Assembly (NCBI GenBank): GCA_012270795.1
Contig: JAAXHO010000237.1
Coordinates: 1,118 to 65,117 of the forward strand
DNA from: Candidatus Poribacteria bacterium
Lineage (GTDB): Bacteria > Poribacteria > WGA-4E > WGA-3G
Reading direction: 5' to 3'
Length of the DNA stretch: 64,000 bases
Made by a program: the position numbers and the translations under genes. Positions within the stretch are counted from its first letter, which is position 1. Each line of letters begins with the position of its first letter. Shown here in pieces: positions 50,001-58,959 of the stretch. The notes below the pieces were generated by a model, which was not told where the DNA came from, made no database searches, and worked only from the letters and a program-made list of their open reading frames with translations.

Positions 50001-52601
50001 GGTGTCGTTCCGTTAAAACTTGATGCGGAACAGCATGAATTGAAGGTTGAGATGGACACACCTGAACAGATTCGACCAAACAGCGAGGTGGAAATCAAGT
50101 TTAAGGTGCAAGGTGAACGGAAAGAACAACCTTACCGAATTGCAATCGCAGCTGTTGACGAGGGTATCCTTCAGCTTACAGGTTACCAAACACCGCAACC
50201 CCACAACCGTTTTTATCAGCAGAGAAGACTTAATACGATCTCCTATGAGTTCTATAATACGATTACAAAGGATGACCAATTTCCTATTAAACCGATTGAA
50301 TCCCTTGCCGATTTGATGAATGTGGTAATTACTGAGATGGAGAAGGCATCTACGCGGAGCCAATTAATGAGAGAGGAACGCTTAGTAGAAAGTCTTGAAG
50401 CTGATAGTGCGGTTGCGAGTGGGATTGCGAATTTTAGCAGAAATGCAAGAGGGTTTAGTGTTGCAAGACAAAGTGTTCTCTCCACGGTCAGTGCGGAAAT
50501 GGAAAGTAGACTCAACACGGATACCGTCGTGCGTGTATCATCGGTTGCATTGTGGTCAGGTATAACGACTACAGATGCCGAAGGACATGGCAGTGTGCGT
50601 TTCAAAGTGCCTCAGTTCAATGGCACATTGCGGGTGATGGCGGTTGCCTTTTCCGGTGCAGATTACGGTTCAGCAACTGAAAAGATACAGGTGCGTGATC
50701 CTGTTGTGTTAACACCGACCTTCCCGCGTTTCCTCACTGGTGGGGATCGGGTTCGCATCCCTGTTTCCATCTATAATAGCACCGGAAACACTGGTACTTT
50801 TACTGTGAAATTAAAAGCAACGGGACCTGTCCAACTCTTAATGGAAAACGGCTCAATAAATCATCTGGTTTTCGCTAAAGGGGATACCCTTGAAAAACAG
50901 ATGCAGATTGCATCGGGCAAAGAGGGACAACTCTATTTCGATGTGGTCACACACGATGAAATTGGCATTGCGGCGTTTAATTTATCTGCAACTGGCAACG
51001 GTGAAGATATACAGTTTGCCCCCATGCGTTTACCTGTTCGGTCTGCCGCACCACCTGTCACCAAAACGGGGCATGGTGTTGTCCGAGAAGGTGAACCTGC
51101 AGATTTCATCTTCCCATCAAATCTGAGAGCAGAGACATCTGAGTTTATGCTGACTGTATCCCCACTGCCAACTGTTAGATTTGCTAACGGGCTTCGCTAT
51201 CTTGTGAGGTATCCGCACGGGTGTCTTGAACAGACAACCAGCCGTGTTTTCCCTCTACTTTACCTCAGCGACCTTGCGCGAATCGTTGAACCCGAATTAG
51301 CTGAGGAGGGTAAGATTGACGAATATATTAACGCAGGTATCACAAAATTAGAAGATATGCTGCTCCCCGACCACAATTTTGCTTACTGGCAAGGCAGGTC
51401 TCACATCAACAATTGGAGCAGTGTTTATGCTTCTCATTTCCTTGTTGAAGCGCGGAAAGCAGGTTACAAGGTGTCTGATAATGTCTATAACCGGATGCTG
51501 GAAGGACTGAGGCAGCAAGCGCGGCGTGGGGGAAGTATCAACGCACCACATGACAAATCGGATAGATATCTCCTTGCGCGAGCAGCGTATGCCTGCTATG
51601 TGTTGGCAGCAGCAAAGCAACCTGAAAAATCTGTGATGCACTACCTCAGAAACAACCGATTAACCGAACTTAACGTATATAGCCAGTTTCAGCTTGCAGG
51701 TGCGTTTGCACTTAGTGGCGATGTCGAGACTGCACTGTCAATGTTACCGGAAGAAATAGCCTTAGATGACAAGGAAGGACGAGATTCTGGACGGAATTTT
51801 GACTCCTCTATTCGGGCACAAGCCATTATCTTAGATGTGCTGGTGGAAATCAAAGAGAACCATCCAGCAGTTACAAAACTGGTAGAAAGTCTAACCGAGG
51901 CAGCATCAAAAGGACAACGATGGACAAATACCCAGGAAAATGCGTTCGCTTTGTTAGCTCTCGGTAAGTTCCTGAATAAACGGCCTAACCAGAAATATAC
52001 GGGCACCCTGACCCGAAATGGTGCACATTTTGCCAACTTCGATTCAACGAGCGCAAGACACACCGGATCCGACTGGGATGGTGAAAAGATAGATATTACG
52101 GTCAAAGGTGAAGGCACGTGCTACTATTATTGGGAAGCCTTTGGCATCAGCAGGGATTCCTACATTGAGGAATATGGGCGCGAGTTACAACTCACACGTC
52201 GTTATCTTACCCCCGACGGTTCCAGAGTCAAAAACAACTTTAAACAAGGTGAATTAGTCATCGCTGAGATCACTGTTGAGGCACTCACAAGTAATCTTGA
52301 AAACGTAGCAGTTGTTGATATGTTGCCTGCCGGTTTTGAGATTGAAAATCCGCGTTTGGTGACTCGCGAAGGTGCATCCACAGCGAATAGGCAGGGGTAT
52401 AGACCCAGTTATGTAGACATACGTGACGATCGCCTTGTCTTTTACGGCACATTCCAACTAAGACGACAGGAGAGATACTATTACGCACTCCGAGCGGTAA
52501 CTGAAGGCACATTTACAGTGCCGCCTGTCTCTGCTGAAGCGATGTATGATCCGACAAAATCCGCTGTTGCTTCTACGGGTACAATTCAGATTGTCAAGTA
52601 A
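47049..52601 (+). CDS. Bacterial alpha-2-macroglobulin family protein (YfhM-like) with a CLEQ thioester
   Basis: The 1850-aa ORF has a signal peptide and a run of MG (macroglobulin) Ig-like domains. The thioester motif YPHGCLEQTTS lies inside an alpha-helical TED-like region. Both size and motif match E. coli YfhM-type alpha-2-macroglobulins. Confidence 0.85.
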   Translation: MKSNIFPKHIIIIVATLLSAAVCFSTYVASAQETEESEISIKSFAPRDKNGGVADFLITLSKTIADEKLLFTELPKDAIKTTPSLEIKARWMAHNQIGIFLEGTLAPLVDYTFEISTKLDPSDKLVLTGKREFTYSTAPFKVESSVIEFRYDKDLKKAKGYGNVTFNYPVSIAGLEEFLSILSGRGDEIPYVFQKQSPITKSVLIEFDDILPLLEGQFLQVKIGKGLKCIGTEIGLKEASAAPIQLANIKELRISRADYVQRDGIAYIRLNFSSPITLEMFQDHINIEPSLPFKLAANHQQLEIYADFKFRSEYTVNIKRGVASADGSILRNTFVRRLNVPDLHPRIRFTDASFFMPRKGALELKLGTTNVEQIGFGIAKIYSDKLPMLIQQGELKIESRLNEEVTTTLSLKDYLTDEHAGMFKVVVHSDRGRRGYTEQLVVITDLGIVAKRIDKELWVWVNSLDSLDPIQKAKVQLINNRDKKTLLTGETDDAGFAKLTLEEDMLKDNPQFLLTVTKDNDFSLLQLQRHQLSTHGFSIGGIAYLTDGNEAFAYTERGVYRPGETVNLIGIVRGKNNEVPASLPLRIDIMTPYNSKLREIQKQTDNDGVCEVQIPIPAYAPTGWYAANIWSDEKQIGTAHFQVEEFVPDRMKVSITADKDAYMLGDEVNIEVNAENLFGTPAVGRNVSASYYLSSTSFDPPEKWQSFNFYDATRTFSHQRVQLDAAVTDIDGKVEYQFTLPEDLKPPSALNANISTTVQELGGRAVSAAKRLTVHPYSHYVGIKRTKTGTVKRNEEATFNYIVIDPEGNVEAGRTLKVTISAIERPHHWRTQSKPTVTELESYTVQSEDEIADFSFTPVAYGVHRVEVEDVEGGAKVSTQFYVAEWGGVSWSKENPNTLDMTLDKATYRPGDKAKLTIKAPFSGKVLLTIEREKVLSFQTVMIEADSATLTIPVQDDYGPNVYLSAMLIRSTTSLEKDAPARAFGVVPLKLDAEQHELKVEMDTPEQIRPNSEVEIKFKVQGERKEQPYRIAIAAVDEGILQLTGYQTPQPHNRFYQQRRLNTISYEFYNTITKDDQFPIKPIESLADLMNVVITEMEKASTRSQLMREERLVESLEADSAVASGIANFSRNARGFSVARQSVLSTVSAEMESRLNTDTVVRVSSVALWSGITTTDAEGHGSVRFKVPQFNGTLRVMAVAFSGADYGSATEKIQVRDPVVLTPTFPRFLTGGDRVRIPVSIYNSTGNTGTFTVKLKATGPVQLLMENGSINHLVFAKGDTLEKQMQIASGKEGQLYFDVVTHDEIGIAAFNLSATGNGEDIQFAPMRLPVRSAAPPVTKTGHGVVREGEPADFIFPSNLRAETSEFMLTVSPLPTVRFANGLRYLVRYPHGCLEQTTSRVFPLLYLSDLARIVEPELAEEGKIDEYINAGITKLEDMLLPDHNFAYWQGRSHINNWSSVYASHFLVEARKAGYKVSDNVYNRMLEGLRQQARRGGSINAPHDKSDRYLLARAAYACYVLAAAKQPEKSVMHYLRNNRLTELNVYSQFQLAGAFALSGDVETALSMLPEEIALDDKEGRDSGRNFDSSIRAQAIILDVLVEIKENHPAVTKLVESLTEAASKGQRWTNTQENAFALLALGKFLNKRPNQKYTGTLTRNGAHFANFDSTSARHTGSDWDGEKIDITVKGEGTCYYYWEAFGISRDSYIEEYGRELQLTRRYLTPDGSRVKNNFKQGELVIAEITVEALTSNLENVAVVDMLPAGFEIENPRLVTREGASTANRQGYRPSYVDIRDDRLVFYGTFQLRRQERYYYALRAVTEGTFTVPPVSAEAMYDPTKSAVASTGTIQIVK

Positions 52602-52629
52602 TACCCAATTAACGGGATGCGTATTGGTA

Positions 52630-52862
52630 GGTGCGTTTTCCTAACTGCACCATAGCGTCAATTTAAAGGATAAATCCGTTGTGGTAGTGTCTTCAGTCCC
52701 ATAAGCGTCAATTTTAGAAATGAACCTCTTGTTGGAGGGGTTTCTAACCCCGATTTTATGCCGTTGCCCTCTGCTATCGGGGTTAGAAACCCCTCCAACA
52801 AGAGGGAAATGGGTTGAGTAGTCGCTAAATTGACGCTTATGGTGCGTTTTCCTAACTGCACC
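52630..52862. repeat. MITE-like palindromic element, copy B, flanked by a 22-bp direct repeat
   Basis: The direct repeat GGTGCGTTTTCCTAACTGCACC lies at 52630-52651 and 52841-52862. Terminal inverted repeats ATAGCGTCAATTTA / TAAATTGACGCTTAT bracket the element. The internal core CTTGTTGGAGGGGTTTCTAACCCCGAT ... ATCGGGGTTAGAAACCCCTCCAACAAG is identical to the core of copy A. Confidence 0.75.
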
Positions 52863-53005
52863 GAGTATCTCTAAGAATTATCTAATTTATTTTTTAATCT
52901 TCATACGGGACTAAAGAGGGGCGCGAATCAAGTTTTCTATAGACATATCGTCCCTACGGGACTGAAGAAGGTTCCATGAGTAATGGCGGTTTCAAGGTAG
53001 TGAAT

Positions 53006-54052
53006 TTACAATGCCGCCATCTCAACATTGTCAAAGTTACGGCGATAGTATTTCATATACTGCACCTTTTTCTCAAGTGCTTCAATGACAGCAACATTGA
53101 AAGTGACTTTCGCAAACTTCTGTGCGCTACCTAACCCACCGGGACTGAACACATTAATTTCCATCAGTTTGTTCTCTACGATGTCTAATCCGACAAAGAA
53201 CATGCCATCTTGCACTAACTTTGGACGCACCATTTCAACGAGTTCTAAAGCAGTACTGGTGATTTTTGCTTGTTGAACTTCGCCACCTACGTGAATGTTA
53301 CTTCTCATATCACCATCAATGCGGACACGACGAAAGGCTGCATACTTGCCGCGGTATCGCAACGGCTTGCCGTTAAGCACAAATAACCGCATGTCACCGT
53401 TTGCTGCTTCAGGCAGATATTCTTGTGCAATGACGAACCCATCTCGGTTGACAGCGTCTATCATCTGATTGATGTTTGGTAGATCATCAGGTCTAACGAG
53501 GAAAACGTTTTTGCCACCGGAGCCTTGAAGCGGTTTGAGGACGATGGTGCCGCCTTGCTCTTTAGCAAATGCTTTTATTTCGCTATGACTTCTTGTGATG
53601 AGGGTTTTCGGTCGGACTTCTTCAGGAAAATCTTGAAAGTACATCTTGTTGGGTGCTTTTGCGAGCCCGTTTGAGTCGTTGAGAACGATTACACCGTGCC
53701 GCATTGCGACTCTACCAAAGATAAGTCCTGCGTTTTGGGCCCAAGGCCTATTGATCGCGTCATCTGCGGGGTCGTTACGTAGTAAAAGAATGTCCAGCTC
53801 ATCAATCGTGATACGTTCAATTTTTGCCCGATCACTCTGTAGTTCTTTGAAATAGGTTGTATGTGATTTGTAATTGCGGCGCGGGACCATCCGCGCCACT
53901 GCTCTGATATACTCGTCTGGGTCGTAAGAGAGGTCTCCTACAGATATTATCCATGCTTCGTGTCCCATGTTCGTTGCCTGCATCGCCATTCGGGTTGTTG
54001 TGTATATTGGCTGTTCAGTCTTTATGTCATTAACGACAAACCCAATTTTCAT
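53006..54052 (-). CDS. gshB: Glutathione synthetase (prokaryotic ATP-grasp GshB)
   Basis: The ORF is colinear with E. coli GshB. Matching blocks include LLRNDPADD, TRSHSEIKAFAKEQGGTIVLKPLQGSGG and FVGLDIVENKLMEINVFSPGGL. Confidence 0.8.
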   Translation of the reverse strand: MKIGFVVNDIKTEQPIYTTTRMAMQATNMGHEAWIISVGDLSYDPDEYIRAVARMVPRRNYKSHTTYFKELQSDRAKIERITIDELDILLLRNDPADDAINRPWAQNAGLIFGRVAMRHGVIVLNDSNGLAKAPNKMYFQDFPEEVRPKTLITRSHSEIKAFAKEQGGTIVLKPLQGSGGKNVFLVRPDDLPNINQMIDAVNRDGFVIAQEYLPEAANGDMRLFVLNGKPLRYRGKYAAFRRVRIDGDMRSNIHVGGEVQQAKITSTALELVEMVRPKLVQDGMFFVGLDIVENKLMEINVFSPGGLGSAQKFAKVTFNVAVIEALEKKVQYMKYYRRNFDNVEMAAL

Positions 54053-54400
54053 TTCTCTCCTTTTTGTGCTATGCCGAATTTGTTACTGGATTTTGGTATC
54101 TTATATCTTTTAAGTAGAACGGTCTATATTTAATCATTTGAACCTCGGTATTCCTAATAGAATAGACGGTGTTACGTCAGCAACATTTCATAACGCAAGT
54201 AGTTCAAGCGCGCAGCTTCCCCGACAGGTAAATTGGGTTAGAATAGAATGTTATAGTAAGGAATATACCCGTGATCTATTTATAGGTAGTAAAGTGTACA
54301 AATAGGAGTTCGTACTGAACAATTTAATTATACCATTTTTCTATCGTAATGACGAATTTATTTTGGTTTTATTTATTTTTTGTCCAATATACTTTACATT

Positions 54401-55912
54401 TTAAAACAAAAACCGATACATCGGTCTATCCATCGTAATTCCGATCAAACTCCACACACCCCCAACAATAAATTCTCCCAAAATCAAACCTAGAAAAAAC
54501 GGAATGAGCTTGCGATGTAGACTTATCCCCCCTTGTTTCAAAATAATCCACTTGATAACGGAACTCACAAAGATAGAAAACCAGAACACGTTCATTGACC
54601 AACTACTGGAAATCGCAAACCCAGCGGGATGGAACGGCCACCAGAACAGTCGTATCCGCATAATCATCAAAAAACCGGTTCCCAGAAATCCGACACATAT
54701 CGCGACAATTGCAGGTGCGTCTGGCACTTTCGGCGAAGTGAGCCAACTTTGTAGGCGGTTGAACGGTCTCCCCGCAAACCAATCCCGCGCACCTTCAATG
54801 TAAGAGATATGATAAAATGCCCAAAACGACGCAAACGTCCCGACAACAATTGCTACACACATACCGATGAGGAGACCGCGATTAGAAATTCGTGTACGTT
54901 CAGCAAGTTTGAATCCTTCCAAGATGTGCGGCATCGGATGCCCACGATATGCACGATTGATTGAAAACAGATAGGAAAGCATCGTTAGGTTGCGAGGACC
55001 GAGTAGACGTGTACCGAAAATACGCGGCATCATCTCATCCGGTCCGATGAAATGCAGATCGTGGACAGGTGAACCGAGTTCCGCACGCATACGTGTCACA
55101 GCAGTGGATATTGCATAGTATATCCCGAAGAAAATCAGAATCGCCCAAACAGACATACCCGCGGCGTTGCAAAAGATGAGGAGAAACATGAGACTGGCAA
55201 TAAGGCAAAGCACCATACCGCGATAGGACATCGGTTCGTCCGAATCTGCCGCCTGCCGAGGTTTGAACACTTCGCGTACCACATGTGCAAGATGTTTCCG
55301 TGTAGCAACAATCGCAATTACGAATAAGCCGATATACGCTCCAAACGACTGCTCATCAGTAAACGGGAAATTCGGCAGCCCTCTAATACCCAACGCATCT
55401 CCGAAAATCCGTTCCGCCTTCCAAAACAGATAGAAGAACCAACAAGAAAATGAAAGGTCCAGCGGAATAAAGAACGCCATACCTACAGCAAATGGGAAAA
55501 CAGCAATAGGTGTCCAACCAATCGCACTCCACGGTTTCTGTGTAAAAAATGGACGTAAATCGTAAAGACGACCGCCAAGTCCCGGCACGTTTGGAAATAG
55601 ATAGTGCAAGCCGTTGAGTATATCAATCGCTCCCGCAATCCCAAATCCAAGCCACATCATCTTGTTTGTCAACAAATTTGTCTTACCGACATTCGTCAAT
55701 TCAAGCGGTAACTGAATAATCGGATAACTCAGTTTTTCGTGTTCTGTCCACTGTTTGCGGACAAGCGTATTGATGAAAACCATCACGAACACAAGCGCAC
55801 ACAAAAAACCACCCCAAGCAAGGGTAGTCGTCAACCATCCTTGAACGATCTCCCAACTATATAAACTCGCTTCCCCGCGGTAATACTCCGTTAGAAATGC
55901 CCTATCTTTCAC
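54401..55912 (-). CDS. Polytopic membrane protein of unknown function, C-terminal fragment
   Basis: The 503-aa ORF has 12 or more transmembrane helices. It begins at a GTG two nt after the stop of the upstream 182-aa membrane ORF, which is a frame shift. Confidence 0.5.
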   Translation of the reverse strand: MKDRAFLTEYYRGEASLYSWEIVQGWLTTTLAWGGFLCALVFVMVFINTLVRKQWTEHEKLSYPIIQLPLELTNVGKTNLLTNKMMWLGFGIAGAIDILNGLHYLFPNVPGLGGRLYDLRPFFTQKPWSAIGWTPIAVFPFAVGMAFFIPLDLSFSCWFFYLFWKAERIFGDALGIRGLPNFPFTDEQSFGAYIGLFVIAIVATRKHLAHVVREVFKPRQAADSDEPMSYRGMVLCLIASLMFLLIFCNAAGMSVWAILIFFGIYYAISTAVTRMRAELGSPVHDLHFIGPDEMMPRIFGTRLLGPRNLTMLSYLFSINRAYRGHPMPHILEGFKLAERTRISNRGLLIGMCVAIVVGTFASFWAFYHISYIEGARDWFAGRPFNRLQSWLTSPKVPDAPAIVAICVGFLGTGFLMIMRIRLFWWPFHPAGFAISSSWSMNVFWFSIFVSSVIKWIILKQGGISLHRKLIPFFLGLILGEFIVGGVWSLIGITMDRPMYRFLF

Positions 55913-55914
55913 CG

Positions 55915-56463
55915 CTATCCAATCAGGGATATAGCGATGAAATAGATGTGTCCAGTCGTTTTCTGGTGTTGCATGCTAGAACGCATAAGGTATATCGGGA
56001 TTAAGACACGTAGAACATCGTGCCCCGCCAAAGAGGAAGCAATCGCGAGCATGACATAGATCGTCAACAACTCACCTTGTTGGAATGCAACACGAGGCAG
56101 CGTCTGTTTTAACGCCAAATTCGCACCCGTAAGAAAAAAGATGCAAAAAATGACATTAAAATAGAGAGAAATCGTAGTCGGATATCCCTGTCCTGCCGAA
56201 TCTAAAATCCAATAGACGTTAGGGACAGTGAGAACAGTACCGATGAGAATAGCACGCCATGTCGCACCGAAACGCCGCGGCCCTTGTGTTGTTAGCGGAC
56301 GCTGTGCAGTTTCTTGGTAACTTTCCGATTGCTGTGAAACGTGATGTGAAGATGTGAATGCCAATTTTGACTCTGAATGACTAAGACTTGTAGTAGGCGG
56401 TGAGAGAGGGTCATTACTATATTCTATATGCTTATTACGTTCAAAACTAAAGTTCTGTTTCAA
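55915..56463 (-). CDS. Membrane protein N-terminal fragment (same gene as 54401..55912?)
   Basis: The 182-aa ORF has an S/T/Q-rich low-complexity N-terminus followed by transmembrane helices. It abuts the next ORF with a 2-nt gap. Confidence 0.45.
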   Translation of the reverse strand: MKQNFSFERNKHIEYSNDPLSPPTTSLSHSESKLAFTSSHHVSQQSESYQETAQRPLTTQGPRRFGATWRAILIGTVLTVPNVYWILDSAGQGYPTTISLYFNVIFCIFFLTGANLALKQTLPRVAFQQGELLTIYVMLAIASSLAGHDVLRVLIPIYLMRSSMQHQKTTGHIYFIAISLIG

Positions 56464-56582
56464 ATATGAAAAAGTAATTACATCCGAGTTCTCAACGCTC
56501 CTTTTTAGTCTATGGTAGATTTTAGAATTATTTACACTTTAGAATTATTTACACACTGAAATTTAACGAAACGTCACGGTTG

Positions 56583-56693
56583 CCCCACTGACAAGGGGGG
56601 CAGAGGGGTTAACTTTACGATCCCCCACTGACAAGGGGGGCAGGGGGGTTAACCTTACAATTTTCCCACTGGCAAGGGGGTTACCCTCTTTTA
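56583..56693. repeat. G-rich 39-bp tandem repeat, about 2.7 copies
   Basis: The unit is CCCCACTGACAAGGGGGGCAGAGGGGTTAAC(T/C)TTAC(G/A)AT, with G6 runs. It lies 120-230 bp upstream of the membrane-protein gene start. The 88-aa ORF 56563..56829 overlapping it is probably spurious. Confidence 0.8.
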
Positions 56694-57094
56694 TATGTGT
56701 CAACATATTCTCAGATTTTACCATAAATCCTGAAAAATTCTGCAAATTTTTGAAAAAAAGTTTAACATTCACCGAAATTTGTGTTATCCTAATACATGTA
56801 AAAACATGAGGTGGTGTAGACCGAAACACATGAAATCTGCGTCACCGCTTATGCTGTTTTTCATACTTGGGAGCATAGGTTAGTCTCCTCCCATTTGTTA
56901 GTATTTTTAAATTGTAAATCCCTATCACAGACATTCGTGTTTGTGAGCTTTTCGCGTCCGCGCCTTTTGTCGTGGACCTTTGTTGTTGCATTAGGTTTAC
57001 CTAATGCGGGACTTATATGCTGTTTGCCTTGTAGCATCGCATTGTGTTAATTTTCAGTTGACAATTTTGATGAGTTAGAAATATAATTGACAAT

Positions 57095-57144
57095 AGGGTG
57101 TATGTAAAATGACTACATCAGGGTGTATGTAAAATGACTACATC
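57095..57144. repeat. Exact 25-bp tandem duplication (AGGGTGTATGTAAAATGACTACATC, two copies)
   Basis: The two copies lie at 57095-57119 and 57120-57144, 34 bp upstream of the 57178 gene start. Confidence 0.85.
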
Positions 57145-57177
57145 CAAACACCACAACTGAGTGGTATAGGGAGAAAA

Positions 57178-57594
57178 ATGAAATTCAAGTTATTCCAAAT
57201 CGTAACTTTATTGATTTTTGTCGTGTCTATTGTCTTTATGACACAGACACCTAATGGGTTCGGGGGCGAACCGCAGGAACATCCGTCAGCTATTTATGTT
57301 AATCCTAAAACAGGGCATAGGCAAACCCCACCAGAAGATATTGAACCAAGTGAATTAGCAAATTGGGATCCCCGTGGCAGATCTTTTCCTAATAGAATTA
57401 TTTGTGGGACGAATGGAGGAGAATCCGTGAATGGTCGAGGTTGGTATTACGAAGGTGGAAAATTATCTAATCCGCAAACACATGCAGATAATGAAACGCA
57501 TCCAGCCAACGATCCTCGTTGGGAACAGAATGTCTCCCGGATCAATCTCTATACAGATGCCTTTGTTAACAAGAATACAGTTACTGTAAGTTAA
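57178..57594 (+). CDS. Hypothetical small secreted protein
   Basis: The 138-aa ORF has an N-terminal signal or transmembrane segment (FQIVTLLIFVVSIVFMTQT) and a GGAGA ribosome-binding site. Confidence 0.5.
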   Translation: MKFKLFQIVTLLIFVVSIVFMTQTPNGFGGEPQEHPSAIYVNPKTGHRQTPPEDIEPSELANWDPRGRSFPNRIICGTNGGESVNGRGWYYEGGKLSNPQTHADNETHPANDPRWEQNVSRINLYTDAFVNKNTVTVS

Positions 57595-57725
57595 GACCTG
57601 AGATTGAATTTCCAGTAGCAATATCTATACCGATCCAAGACGACCCGCTTCCTATTGCATCAGGACAAGGGGGAATAACCCTTAGAGTTGAGAAAACCAG
57701 TTACCATAAAGCTAGGTACAATTCG

Positions 57726-58229
57726 TTGAACTTTGAATATCAAGGTTGTGACGATCTTGAAGCTTCTGAGCATCTCTGGGAACCTAGCGAGGATATACGT
57801 ATTTACATTTTGGTACATATTGAAAATATCACCAAGAAGCGAACCAAAGGTGTTGAACTTGGAGGTGCTGTTGAAACCATGTTCAAACTCCCGCTTGCAG
57901 GTGAAGCGAAAGGTAATGCCGGTGGTAAATACATCACCTCATGGGAATGGAGTACTGGATGGCGGAAAACTCAAGGCCGCGGGTTTGGAGCAGAAGCGGA
58001 AATTAACGGTGGAGGCGTTCTTGACGGTTCGTTTTTTGGCGGATCAATTTTTGAACTGCAGGAAAAAAGTGCGACAGTTTTTGGAAATCTTGGATCCGGT
58101 GCAGATTCTGAAATCTATGCCTATAGTCCAAAGAAAATTTCGAGATGTCCTAACTATGGGCGATTTGGACTTCGTCCTAACCCGTATGCTATAAATACTC
58201 CACACATCCATAGGCTTTGGCCTTTCTAA
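57726..58229 (+). CDS. Hypothetical glycine-rich protein
   Basis: The 167-aa ORF has no signal peptide and is rich in G and W. A 153-aa ORF in another frame (57733..58194) overlaps it, so the frame choice is uncertain. Confidence 0.35.
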   Translation: MNFEYQGCDDLEASEHLWEPSEDIRIYILVHIENITKKRTKGVELGGAVETMFKLPLAGEAKGNAGGKYITSWEWSTGWRKTQGRGFGAEAEINGGGVLDGSFFGGSIFELQEKSATVFGNLGSGADSEIYAYSPKKISRCPNYGRFGLRPNPYAINTPHIHRLWPF

Positions 58230-58429
58230 TCAGGACTTACGCATTCCTCTTAAAGCCCCCTTGCTAAAGGGGACTTAGGAGTTAAAAATCCCAAAAAATA
58301 CTGACACTCATGCAAAACGCTTGTTCGGTAGTACTTTATGAAGGCAATGATCACGCGGCTTAAATTTCTTATTATTGCTCATTTTTTATATGACTTGTGA
58401 AGTTTCTTAACATAACAGAGGAGGCTAAT

Positions 58430-58945
58430 GTGAAAAAACAGATTAGTTTACTTATCATAGTTCTTGCCATTGTTACTATCAGCACCACTGTCATTGTCAC
58501 CATGCAAAATAGAAGATCACATTCCCTATTCCATCTTATCCCTACTCCTAAATCGCATCAACACGTGACACCAGATGGAGAGGTTGTAGAACATACCCAT
58601 ATATATCAAGCACCGGAACACAAAAAAACTAACAAGAGCAAGGCAGGCACAACAACACCTATTACCAACGCCACTACTACTACAAGAAAGTCCCAAACCC
58701 AGATCGCATGGGAAAACCTTGATATTAAGGCACTTAAAAGGCAATTCCAACCCTATACTATAAAACAAATGCATGATATGTGGTGGAAATCACAGATAAT
58801 CCAACCTGCAGGGCCCTATTATAAAGAGAGGCGACTGGGGCGTATTAATAAGATTTATCCTCCAAATGAGTGGCTGCAACGTTATATGGATTTAGGATTC
58901 CCTCTCCATAATGCTGGATACTACAGAATCGCTTTGCAAGAATGA
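58430..58945 (+). CDS. Hypothetical membrane-anchored protein
   Basis: The start is set at the in-frame GTG, 5 nt after a GAGGAGG ribosome-binding site. An N-terminal transmembrane helix (ISLLIIVLAIVTISTTVIV) and a T-rich linker follow. Confidence 0.45.
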   Translation: MKKQISLLIIVLAIVTISTTVIVTMQNRRSHSLFHLIPTPKSHQHVTPDGEVVEHTHIYQAPEHKKTNKSKAGTTTPITNATTTTRKSQTQIAWENLDIKALKRQFQPYTIKQMHDMWWKSQIIQPAGPYYKERRLGRINKIYPPNEWLQRYMDLGFPLHNAGYYRIALQE

Positions 58946-58959
58946 TTTATACTCGATTC

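Noticed and set aside
56563-56829. 88-aa minus-strand ORF
   Set aside because: It lies entirely over the G-rich 39-bp tandem repeats and the upstream promoter region. It has a low-complexity translation and is almost certainly spurious.
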